A DNA stretch of 64,000 bases. It comes from Macrostomum hystrix (taxonomy: Eukaryota > Animalia > Platyhelminthes). The position numbers were made by a program, and so were the translations under genes. Within the stretch, counting starts at the first letter, position 1, and each line of letters opens with the position of its first letter. Below are positions 33,836 through 45,800 of the stretch, piece by piece. The notes beneath the pieces are model-generated. The model ran no database searches. It was not told the DNA's origin and saw only the letters and a program-made list of their open reading frames with translations. The stretch spans positions 1,922,001-1,986,000 of the forward strand of contig CATNEN010000003.1 of the NCBI GenBank assembly GCA_950097015.1, written 5' to 3'.

Positions 33836-36195
33836 ATTTCAATTGGTAAGTCAGTGAATAAAACGAGAACAGTGGCACATAGACAACGGCTGGCCACCTT
33901 CTAGATGCGCAATTATTCTCATCGATTGCAATCACGTGCTTGGTATCTTCGAGTTGAAGATGACGAAACTTCTAGTGATCGAAAATTAGAGTTAGCCTGT
34001 CGATAAATAATTAAATTCTATTTACCAGATTGAATATATAATAATTGGCTAATTACCGATGACTAGAATGTTCAGTAAAATGTGAATTATAAAAAAATTA
34101 TTTTCTAATTTGATTTCCCCGATGACCGCTTTCAAATGATGCACATCGACTAAGGAGGGTGGACATAGTGGGAGCTTTAGTACTTGCCGTAAAAATTAAT
34201 CTCCCAGCTAATCCCCCAGAGGAAACAGCAGCCATTTCGTCTTTCCCTGGGTGCAGCTACAGTTTTTGTGTGTGCAAAATATAGCTGCTTATTTTCGTGC
34301 GGGTTTTCGGACCCTGGAAAGGAAATATCCCAGCTAATAGAAGAATTCTATTCAAAAGGAGCTAGGTTAGTCAAGAAATCTGAATTTAAATTTCTAGTCT
34401 TTTAGTGTTTTCTTGTGAAATCATTTGATTCCTGTTGCTTCTGATCCATATAATACGCATTTTTTCTGCATCATTTAACAAATTTTATTTTTTTATTGCC
34501 GAATTAAAGAAAGTCCGACTGAAGAGCTTAAGTGTTTCTTGTACGTGTTTTACGGATAGTTCTTTACGAGCACACTGAGCCCCTGCAGCAGAGAACTAAT
34601 TCCCCCCTTCAGCAGCAGAGAACTAATTCCCCCTGCAGCAGAAAACTAATTCCCCCCAACAGCAGAGAACTAGGGGCCTAATGTCCCCTCAGCAGCAAAT
34701 AACCTTTTTTGACCATTAAGCAAATTAAAAAACTTTTAGACGCATTTAGAAAAGTGGTAATTACTGAACACATTTAGAAAACTTTTGGAAACATTTGGAA
34801 AATTATTAAACACATTTAAAAAACAGTTTTACACATTAGAACAGTGTTAAACTGCTCTAACTACTGACTACTGTGAGTCACGACAGTAGTGACTCATCGT
34901 TCTATTTTTAGTGGTTCAGCCAATCAGAATCTGACGACCTTGAGGTTCTCATGGAATGCATCATTTGAAGCTAGACTGATGTCAATAATTGTAATTATTT
35001 GATATTTGAAATAATCACTTTCTACTTGACGATAGCTCCCATACGATAAATATAATAGCGAAAAAGGAAAAAAAACTGCTCAGATGGAAAATTGAAACGA
35101 AATTGAGGTTCACCACTATTGTTTCAAACAATGCATTATTAAATTTTACTGTCGTACCAATTGTGTGGAATTTCATATATGGCTTATTTAACAATGCTAA
35201 ATAGTCACTTTTGTACAGCCATTGTTCTAAAGTGCTCAAAACGAACAATGAAACTTTATGTTTATTCAGGTGCATAAAGTGCCTAGTGCCATGTAGAAAG
35301 TAGAAATTGTGATACTAACCATAGATAAAAAAATCATTATCACAGTAGTTCAATAAAACAAAAATAACTTGTAAACGAAATAAAACAATTTTTTACTTTT
35401 ACGAATTAAAAAACCGTTTCAATATAAACAATAAATTTTTTTAGTGTAAATTAATAAAACCTAAAGTATTTAGCCTTACAAAGAAACGTTTTTCTATATA
35501 TTAATCTAAAAGGATTCGAACTCTCGACCCCTCAGTCAGTTCGGACAACCGCTCGTAATAGTTGTGGCCAAGAAGCTTTCAATTAATTATTTTCGAAGAG
35601 TGAAATTAATCAAGAAATGAAAGCAGTTACAACCAGTACGTTTGGATTTCGACTCGTCAATATAATACTTCTTATTGGACGAAATATATTAATATCGATT
35701 GCGATATGACTCGAATAAGTAAATAAAATAAATCAAGATGTGAAAATTTCGCCGATGAATAATCAATAAATACAGCAAAACAGATTTTTGGATTAAAAAA
35801 TGACTCAAGGCCAAAGAAAATCAGAAGTTACTATAAGACTCCGCCCGGAATTGGCCCGAAACACAATCAAAGTCAATCAAAGTCTATAGTAGTTAATCGA
35901 TACGAAATTAGGGAATAAACAAACTCTAGCTTGTAAGGACAAAGTTGTACAGTCATTATTCAAATCTAGACGTTTTCATTTTAAGTGCGAGGCGAGGCCA
36001 TTTTTTCACACGATATGCATTGCAAGTCTGCAATCAATGGCAAATAAGCAAAACGTTTTAATTGGTTATGAAATCATACAAAACTGACTAAATTAATCCT
36101 CGTTGGATACAAAACCAACCCTATTATTAAGAGATGCAAAACTGACTTGTTTTTTTCGTTACACGATGGAACTTCAATAGTCAAAGTCATGCGGG

Positions 36196-39100
36196 TCAAG
36201 GTCGCGGACTCTGATTGGCCAAGTCGCGCAAGGTGGTCTTCGGCTTGTCGACTGGCTTAAACAGATCCTTACCGCTCAGCTGCTGTCGTTTCGGATCGAC
36301 AACGGTCGAGCTGGAACTGGACGCTGGTGTCAGACCAACAACTAGATCGCTAAACGCATCGGGCTTGACCGGACTAGCTTTGGTGGTGGCAGCGGTGGGA
36401 TCAAGTGTCACCGGCGCCAGCAGGTCTCCACCGTTGATGCCGCTCGGGGCTGAGTTCTGTCGATCGAACAGGCTCGCACCTGTGGCGAACGGATTCGTGT
36501 TCATGACTGGAGCGCCCATAGACAGTTGCTGCTGGTACGCATTGTACTGCGGCGCACCAAACGGCTGCTGCTGCTGCTGCTGCTGCGGAATGTTAAAACG
36601 CGACTGAGGGAGCTGCGGCTGTGCGAACTGCGGTCCCTGGGTGAACTGCGGTCCCTGGGCGAACTGCGGTCCCTGGGTGAACAGCGGTCCCTGGGTGAAC
36701 TGCGGTCCCTGGGTGAACTGCGACTGCGCATAGTTTGGCTGAGAAAACGGTTGCTGGTAAGGTGGTATTGAGTTAAAGCCACCGTACGGCAAACTAGTGG
36801 TTGGCACTGTCGGCATCGTCATTGCCGGTTGCTGCTGCTGCTGTTGCTGGCCGAAAGGATTGCTGGAGCTCGTATTTGAAAGTTGGCCAAACGGGTTGAA
36901 GGCACTGCTGTTATTAAAATTGTTTCCACTACTGACAGGCTGGCTGCTGATACTGGCTGACGCGCTGAATATGTCGCCGAGGTCATCTAGCGAGGCGATC
37001 GATTCGTTCTTGGGCAAGTTGCCGCTGACTGCCGGCAGATCCGGGCCTAACAGATTGGACTCAGCTCGATCCCGCGATCCTTGAGACTGCTCCGCCGCCG
37101 GCTGCTCAGCAGTCTGCTTCGTATCGACTTGTTGCGTCGTTGAAGCGGCAGGAGCCTCGTCTGCGCCAACCGAGGCAGCTCGCTCCTCCTTGAGCTGAGC
37201 TGAGCGCTCCTTGACAATGCGGAACAAATCCTGCATTTCCTGGAGGAATGGCATCGCCTGTTTCGTAGGAAGAGGAAGGAGAAAGCTATGGAATGTCTGA
37301 TAGATTTCCTGGGTTTCTAAGCAGACAGTTTTAAACCTACTCCTTAGATAAACAATTTAAGTCTACTCCAATAAGGAAACGATGATAAAGGATCTTTGGT
37401 GATCTAAAAAACTAAGGTCTTTGAAGCTGGGTTCAGTTTCTAGGAAGATGGGTACAGTTTCTGGAAGGTGGGTACAGTTTCTAGGAAGATGGGTACAGTT
37501 TCTGGAAGGTGCATCGTACAGTTTCTGGAAGGTGGGTACAGTTTCTAGGAAGTTGTATTCAGTTTCTTGGAAGATAGATTAAGTTTCTAGCAAGATGGAT
37601 TAAGTTTCTTGGAAGATGGATTCAGTTTCTTGGAAGATAGATTCAGTTTCTTGGAAGATAGATTCAGTTTCTTGGAAGATTTATTTAGTTTCTTGGAAGA
37701 TGGATTCAGTTTCTTGGAAGATGTATTCAGTTTCTTGGAAGATGGATTCAGTTTCTAGCAAGATGGATTCAGTTTCTTGGAAGATGTATTCAGTTTCTTG
37801 GAAGATGTATTCAGTTTCTTGGAAGATGGATTTAGTTTCTTGGAAGATGGATTCAGTTTCTAGCAAGATGGATTCAGTTTCTTGGAAGATGGATTCAGTT
37901 TCTTGGAAGATGGATTCAGTTTCTAGCAAGATGGATTCAGTTTCTAGCAAGATGGATTCAGTTTCTAGCAAGATGGATTCAGTTTCTTGGAAGATGGATT
38001 CAGTTTCTAGCAAGATGGATTCAGTTTCTTGGAAGATGGATTCAGTTTCTTGGAAGATGGATTCAGTTTCTAGCAAGATGGATTCAGTTTCTTGGAAGAT
38101 GGATTCAGTTTCTAGCAAGATGGATTCAGTTTCTTGGAAGATGGATTCAGTTTCTTGGAAGATGGATTCAGTTTCTTGGAAGATGGATTCAGTTTCTTGG
38201 AAGATGGATTCAGTTTCTAGCAAGATGGATTCAGTTTCTTGGAAGATGGATTCAGTTTCTTGGAAGATGGATTCAGTTTCTTGGAAGATGGATTCAGTTT
38301 CTTGGAAGATGGATTTAGTTTCTAGCAAGATGGATTCAGTTTCTTGGAAGATGGATTCAGTTTCTTGGAAGATGGATTCAGTTTCTAGCAAGATGGATTC
38401 AGTTTCTTGGAAGATGGATTCAGTTTCTAGTAAGATGGATTCAGTTTCTTGGAAGATGGATTCAGTTTCTTGGAAGATGGATTCAGTTTCTTGGAAGATG
38501 GATTCAGTTTCTTGGAAGATGGATTCAGTTTCTTGGAAGATGGATTCAGTTTCTAGCAAGATGGATTCAGTTTCTAGCTAGATGGATTCAGTTTCTTGGA
38601 AGATGGATTCAGTTTCTTGGAAGATGGATTCAGTTTCTTGGAAGATGGATTTAGTTTCTTGGAAGATGGATTCAGTTTCTTGGAAGTTGGTTTCAGTTTC
38701 TGAAAACAAATTGTTAAAGTTCGTAAAAATTTTGTTTCTAAATGAACTGTTTAGGTTCTTGATAATTTTTTTGGCTTCACAAGGTGGCTGAATGCAAACG
38801 AAAGACGAATATGGATAAAAACTCCAGGTTCTAAAAAAGTGGTTGATCATTTAAAATATGCTTTTTTTGTAGCTTAGTGTGCATAGTCGCAATCAAACTC
38901 TAAATTGTAATTATTTTAGGAAAATTCTAGAAAAACTTTAGAATCAAGTTTTTGGGAGACAGAAAAGTCGTGACTAAAATCTGAAATGTAGACAAAGTAT
39001 AATTAAAACACGGGATTTTTCCTTTAAAGCAAAATAAATCAGATTTCTTTTACACTTCAATTATACACTCCAAGGACAGCTTAAATATTGAAATAGATTG

Positions 39101-41307
39101 TGAGAACTGTGAGCCACAAACTTTTAATTATCTAAAAAGCTTTCTAAGTAACTGCCGAATGTAAGGTTAATAATTAATAAATCTTTGACTGCCGTAAGGG
39201 CATGAAAATAGAGAGTTTAGTTGTATATGATGGGTTCAGGTTTTGAGTAGATGAGTTCAGGTTTTAGTAGATGAGTTCAGGTTTTAGTGAAAGGGTTTAG
39301 GTTTCAGGTGATTCAAGGCTTCAGGTTAGTGAGTCAAGGCTTCAGGTTAGTGAGTCAAGGCTTCAGGTTAGTGAGTCATGGCTTCAGGTTAGTTAGTCAA
39401 TACTTCAGGTTAGTGAGTCAAGGCTTCAGTGTAGTGGGTCAAGGCTTCAGGTTAGTGAGTCATGGCTTCAGGTTAGTGAGTCATGGCTTCAGGTTAGTTA
39501 GTCAAGACTTCAGGTTAGTGAGTCAAGGCTTCAGTGTAGTGGGTCAAGACTTCAGGTTAGTGAGTCAAGGCTTCAGGTTAGTTAGTCAAGACTTCAGGTT
39601 AGTTAGTCAAGGCTTCAGGTTAGTGAGTCAAGGCTTCAGGTTAGTGAGTCAAGACTTCAGGTTAGTGAGTCAAGGCTTTAGGTTAGTGAGTCAAGGCTTC
39701 AGGTTAGTGAGTCAAGACTTCAGGTTAGTGAGTCAAGGCTTTAGGTTAGTGAGTCAAGGCTTCAGGTTAGTGAGTCAAGGCTTTAGGTTAGTGAGTCAAG
39801 GCTTCAGGTTAGTTAGTCAAGACTTCAGGTTAGTGAGTCAAGGCTTCAGGTTAGTGAGTCAAGACTTCAGGTTAGTGAGTCAAGGCTTTAGGTTAGTGAG
39901 TCAAGGCTTCAGGTTAGTTAGTCAAGACTTCAGGTTAGTTAGTCAAGGCTTCAGGTTAGTGAGTCAAGGCTTCAGGTTAGTGAGTCAAGGCTTCAGGTTA
40001 GTGAGTCAAGGCTTCAGGTTAGTTAGTCAAGACTTCAGGTTAGTGAGTCAAGGCTTCAGTGTAGTGGGTCAAGGCTTCAGGTTAGTGAGTCAAGGCTTCA
40101 GGTTAGTGAGTCAAGGCTTCAGGTTAGTGAGTCAAGACTTCAGGTTAGTGAGTCAAGGCTTCAGTGTAGTGGGTCAAGGCTTCAGGTTAGTGAGTCATGG
40201 CTTCAGGTTAGTTAGTCAAGACTTCAGGTTAGTGAGTCATGGCTTCAGGTTAGTTAGTCAAGACTTCAGGTTAGTGAGTCAAGGCTTCAGGTTAGTGAGT
40301 CAAGGCTTCAGTGTAGTGGATTAAGGCTTCAGTGTAGTGGGTCAAGGCTTCAGTGTAGTGAGTCAAGGCTTCGGGCCAATGAGTTTGGTAAGCAAATTCC
40401 TACCGGCTTGACAGTGCGAATGCCGTGAAACTGATACACCATCCTACTGGCGTCTTCAGGGTCGGGTTCAGCGCACACAATGCCCAGGCTGCGCTGGTCA
40501 CGCGGATCTTTCCACACGAAGGACACCTGGGTGTGCTTGAATGTCAGGTCGAGCAAATTGAAACCTGGCGGCATTTCCTTCAATCTGGTGCCCTCGAAGC
40601 TCAGGTTGATGATTAGACGCGGCTTCGGCTCTTTGCGCGTCTTCAGAATCGTCAGCAGCTTCTGCATCGCCTCCTGGCAGATTTCCTGGCCCTTGCTCTT
40701 GGCCACCTCAACGCTGCCCATGTACTTGGCGTGGAACTCTTGGCCGGCGCCTTCGAAACGGGACTCTGTGTGTGACGAAGGTTGAACCCTTGAACTTGCT
40801 ATCTGATGGGTTGTGCTAGTTGAAAGTTTTCTCGTTAACACCCACCTCACTCCACCATCCCTACCCCTTGCAAACACCCACCTCACTCCGTAATTCCTTC
40901 CCCTCGCAAACACCCACCTCACTTCATTATTCATACCCCTCGCTAACACCCACCTCACTTCATCATTCCTTCCCCTCGCTAACACCCACCTCACTTCATC
41001 ATTCCTTCCCCTCGCTAACACCCACCTCACTTCATCATTCCTTCCTCTCGCTAACACCCACCTCACTTCATCATTCCTACTACTCGCCAACACCCACCTC
41101 GCTTCATCATTCCTTCCCCTCGCTAACACCCACCTCACTTCGACATTTATATCTTAGTCCCTATGGGGGGTCTATTATCAATGAAAAACTAATTCGCACG
41201 ATTGATTGATAGAAATTAGATTGTGACATTGTTGCAAAAGATTATGTATCGAAAAATAAAATCATTCATTTTAGTTTTCCTCACTTACCAGATTCCGATG
41301 CAGACAT
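36196..41307 (-). CDS. Dab: Disabled (Dab1/Dab2-like) PTB-domain endocytic adaptor
   Basis: Exons 41307-41289, 40798-40404, 37257-36196. PTB domain RFEGAGQEFHAKYMGSVEVAKSKGQEICQEAMQKL..KPRLIINLSFEG..SFVWKDPRD.R..G..IRT..A.PFLQEMQDLF matches Dab. The tail has three NPF motifs and DLF/DAF-type motifs. Confidence 0.9.
37430..38700. repeat. Intronic 21-bp array (TTCAGTTTCTTGGAAGATGGA), ~55-60 copies
   Basis: Tandem, with two main variants (TTGG/TAGC) and a degenerate left edge. Confidence 0.97.
39230..40372. repeat. Intronic 21-bp array (GGCTTCAGGTTAGTGAGTCAA), ~50 copies
   Basis: Tandem; ends ~30 bp from the Dab exon-2 donor (40403). Confidence 0.97.
40835..41142. repeat. Intronic 36-bp array (AACACCCACCTCACTTCATCATTCCTTCCCCTCGCT), ~8 copies
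   Basis: Tandem in Dab intron 1, ~35 bp from the acceptor. Confidence 0.93.
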
Positions 41308-41699
41308 GTTGAAGCTGGTTTCCTCGAGGTTGTGATAGTTTATAAAAAAACGAAATTCTATTTGATAATTCACAAGAGTGCCCTACTTTTATGGTTGGCA
41401 AATATTTAGCAAGGCTTTTGCTTCTCGCAAATTCTCGTTGATCTCGCCAGAAGAAATTCTTTTAACTTCAAAGCTTTCTAAATAAGAATCAACGGGTTAT
41501 AAGATAAGATCTGCGCAATTGAATGCAAACTTGGAAGAGAAAGTTAAGCAAACTAAATTGCACTGGTTGGCGGCCGTATCAGTTTTTCAATGCCGAACTG
41601 TTTGGCAGATCAAATTCTCATGAATCTGATTAGAAATCTGGCGGAATATCAGGCCCGGGAGGGGGGTGGGTGGTTGGGTCCACTTGCTTGGCCAGCACG

Positions 41700-41714
41700 G
41701 TCGCTATTAGCAAC
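41700..41714. promoter_or_regulatory. Candidate RFX X-box in the Dab/LRR divergent region
   Basis: GTCGCT-ATT-AGCAAC fits GTNRCY-N0-3-RGYAAC; it lies ~390 bp upstream of the Dab ATG. Confidence 0.35.
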
Positions 41715-42049
41715 GTGTCGCATTTGGTTTGGCTTATGCCGAAGTGAATGTACAATCAGTTTGAACATCTGTAAGTTCATGAATTACATTTAATGCGATG
41801 CGCCGAAAGTGACCAATGGAATGCACTAAATATCTGCAATGCATAACCAAGGCCAGTTAAGAATTTGTGACCATTGTCAACAAATGCCAAGTACATTGGA
41901 ACTCTTAGATCATTTTTTTCATTCTGATTTGATGCAATACAAAGTTGGACAATATATAAATTGAAATATTCGGTCACGTACAAAAAATCATAGCTGAAAG
42001 TTGAATATTTAATATTAATTCATGCATAATATAATTGATTACGGTATGT

Positions 42050-42545
42050 GCTGCCGACAGCACAGTCTGCGTACGGCTGTTCAGTCCACGGACTGGGAAT
42101 GGACGCCACACCCACCCTCAATTACCAGCCATTTAACAGCTGGGCGAACTGAAGCAATGCTGAGAAGGGACGCCACACCCACCCTCAATTACCACCCATT
42201 TAACAGCTGGGCGAACTGAAGCAATGCTGAGAAGGGACGCCACACCCACCCTCAATTACCACCCATTTAACAGCTGGGCGAACTGAAGCAATGCTGAGAA
42301 GGGACGCCACACCCACCCTCAATTACCACCCATTTAACAGCTGGGCGAACTGAAGCAATGCTGAGAAGGGACGCCACACCCACCCTCAATTACCACCCAT
42401 TTAACAGCTGGGCGAACTAAAGCAATGCATAGCTAATTGTCTTGCAAATGACATCAATTGTACCGGTGGAGTCGGGAATCGAACCACCGACCTTCAAGTC
42501 GTTAGCCCTATGCCCTAGCCAAGTCAGTAGGCTACACCATAGAAC
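42050..42545 (-). mobile_element. tRNA-derived SINE, family A, with an internal 67-bp segment amplified ~5x
   Basis: The minus strand has GGTTCGATTCCCGACTCCAC..GCAAGACA..CCCAGCTGTTAAAT..GTAATTGAGGGTGGGTGTGGC and GGACTGAACAGCCGTACGCAG, as in 58058-58300. GCCACACCC recurs at 42105, 42172, 42239, 42306 and 42373. Confidence 0.85.
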
Positions 42546-42891
42546 CTTTGTTAGTTTGAAATGGCCCGGAAAGCTCGAATTTTCGAACATTTTCCGTAAC
42601 TCAAGTTGCTGAAGAACAACTCCAAGTCGCATAGTCTTTTATGGTCAAATCGGTCGTGTAAATAATGTGCAATTCATTTTCTACCCAACTTGTTCACACT
42701 AGTTAGACACTGATAATAAAAACGCAAATGCTCAGTTTGAGTCGATTAGATAAGGAAATAATATTGCTGAGTATTTAAAAACGAACTGGCAAATATTTTT
42801 GTCTTTAGGTACACAAATTTATAAAGATCTGGCTTCAACGAAAAGTTGCTTTAACTTGACCTGTCTCTGCCACACAGGAACACAGGAAAAC

Positions 42892-45800
42892 ATGAGCACA
42901 ATGCTTTCACGGCTTGTAGTCTGCATGCTGCTAGCAACTGCTGCAGGAATCAAAATAGAAACTTCAACAAACTTGCTTGCTTCTAGTAGCAGCAATCGGA
43001 CTAGAAGCTTCGCATTGGAATCCATTTACGATAACTTCACCTGCGTGCCTGCCTGCACCTGCCTGCTTGTGGACTTCACCCAGAGCCGGTACGCTGTTCA
43101 GTGCAGCGATCCCAAGATGAGAGATTTCCCACCGTTGCTGACCGAGGATCTGCATCAGGTTCAGAGCATGACATTGTTGGGAACTACCATCACAAAAGTT
43201 GGTGAGATCACTGGGCTTGAGTAAGGGAATCAGGAGAGTTGCAAATAAAAGTACTAAACTCATCTATATATTCTTTCTACTCCGGATGCCTAGTCTATCT
43301 GCTCCGATATCTACTCTAATATCACTCTCTGCTCCGATATCTACTCTAATATCTACTATCTCTGCTCCGATATCTACTCTAATATCTACTCTCTCTGCTC
43401 TGATATCTACTCTAATATCTACTCTCTCTGCTTCGATATCTACTCTAATATCTACACTCTCTGCTTCAATATCTACTCTAATATCTACTCTCCGCTCCGA
43501 TATCTACTCTAATATCTACTCTCTGCTCCGATATCTACTCTAATATCTACTCTCCCTTCTCCGATATCTATTCTAATATCTACTCTCTCTGCTCCGATAT
43601 CTACTCTAATATCTACTCTCTCTGCTCCGATATCTACTCTAATATCTACTCTCCCTTCTCCGATATCTACTCAAATATCTACTCTCCCTTCTCCGATATC
43701 TATTCTAATATCTACTCTCTCTGCTCCGATATCTACTCTAATATCTACTCTCTCTGCTCCGATATCTACTCTAATATCTACTCTCCCTTCTCCGATATCT
43801 ACTCAAATATCTACTCTCCCTTCTCCGATGTATATTCAAAAATCTACACACCCGGCTCCGATATCTACTCTAATATCTACTCTCTCTGCTCCGTTGTATT
43901 TTCTAAAATCTACACACCCGGCTCCGATATCTACTCTAAAATCTACTCTCTCTGCTCCGATATCTACTCTAATATCTACCCTCACTGCTCCGATATCTAC
44001 TCAAATATCTACTCTCCCTTCTCCGATATCTATTCTAAAATCTACACACCCGGCTCCGATATCTACTTATCTACTCTCTCTGCTCAGATATCTATTCTAA
44101 TATCTACTCTCTCTGCTCCGATATCTACTCAAATATCTACTCTCCCTTCTCCGATATCTATTCTAAAATCTACACACCCGGCTCCGATATCTACTTATCT
44201 ACTCTCTCTGCTCAGATATCTATTCTAATATCTACTCTCTCTGCTAGTATCTACTCTAAAATCTACTCTCTCTGCTCCGATATCTACTCTAATATCTGCT
44301 CTCTGCTCCGATATCTACTCTAATATCTACACTCTCTGCTCCGATATCTACTCCAATATTTACTCTCTATAATTACTACAATGTCTACGCATTTTAGTTC
44401 TTGATATCTACTCAAATTAGTCCAATATCTACTCAAGTTAGTCCAATATCTACTCAAATTAGTCCAATATCTACTCAAATTAGTCCAATATCTACTCAAA
44501 TTAGTCCAATATCTACTTAAATACTCCAATATTAACAGGTTAGATATAAAAATTCCAGACAGTGAAGATTACGATCCTCTTAGGAACAAGAAAGGTTTCA
44601 GTTAAAGTACAGTTCTAACCACAATTTGCCTGCTCTATTGGCGCGCGCGATAAATCACTGGCTTGAGTATAAACTAGTTTACTTTGCTTTTTCAGAAGAA
44701 TTTCATATTCTGCTTTGTCTATCATTTATCAGCAAGGTTTCAGCCAAATGTCTTCTTTTAAATTACATTAGGATAATTTATGAACAGTCTCAAAATGTGT
44801 CAAAACGAGTCTTATAATTGAAGTACAAATTATAAGACTGTGTCAGTTAGTTGAATATTTTTCAATTCAGGGATTGTCGACACAGATTTCCATCGTTTCC
44901 TTATCATCTATTTGAGTTCTTTTCCTTCCCATTGTCACGAAAAGCTTGCATCTCATGCAACCTTCCTTTTCCTCTTGTCAGTTTTTGTTAGCTGCCCTGT
45001 TTTGCTGTCTACTCTCTCCTTCACTGATATCTAATCTCTCCTTCACTGATATCTAATCTCTCCTTCACTGATATCTAATCTCTCCTTCACTGATATCTAC
45101 TCTCTCCTTCACTGATATCTACTCTCTCCTTCACTGATATCTACTATCTCCTTCACTGATATCTACTCTCTCCTTCACTGATATCTACTCTCTCCTTCAC
45201 TGATATCTACTCTCTCCTTCACTGATATCTACTCTCTCCTTCACTGATATCTACTCTCTCCTTCACTGATATCTACTCTCTCCTTCACTGATATCTACTC
45301 TCTCCTTCACTGATATCTACTCTCTCTCCTTCACTGATATCTACTCTCTCTCCTTCACTGATATCTACTCTCTCCTTCACTGATATCTAATCTCTCCTTC
45401 ACTGATATCTACTCTCTCCTTCACTGATATCTACTCTCTCCTTCACTGATATCTACTCTCTCCTTCACTGATATCTAATCTCTTCTTCACTGATATCTAA
45501 TCTCTCCTTCACTGATATCTACTCTCTCCTTCACTGATATCTACTCTCTCCTTCACTGATATCTACTCTCTCCTTCACTGATATCTACTCTCTCCTTCAC
45601 TGATATCTACTCTCTCCTTCACTGATATCTAATCTCTCCTTCACTGATATTTACTCTCTCTACCCTTGTACGATATATTAACTCCCTCTCCTCCGATATC
45701 TACTCTCTCTACCTTCCGATATCTACTCTCTCTCATCCGATATCTACTCTCTCTCATCCGATATCTACTCTCTCTACCCTCCGGTATCTACTCTCTCTCA

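Noticed and set aside
40799-41138. Repetitive N-terminus (RWVLARGRNDEV) of the Dab ORF
   Set aside because: It lies in intron 1. A short ATG exon at 41307-41289 splices in phase to 40798.
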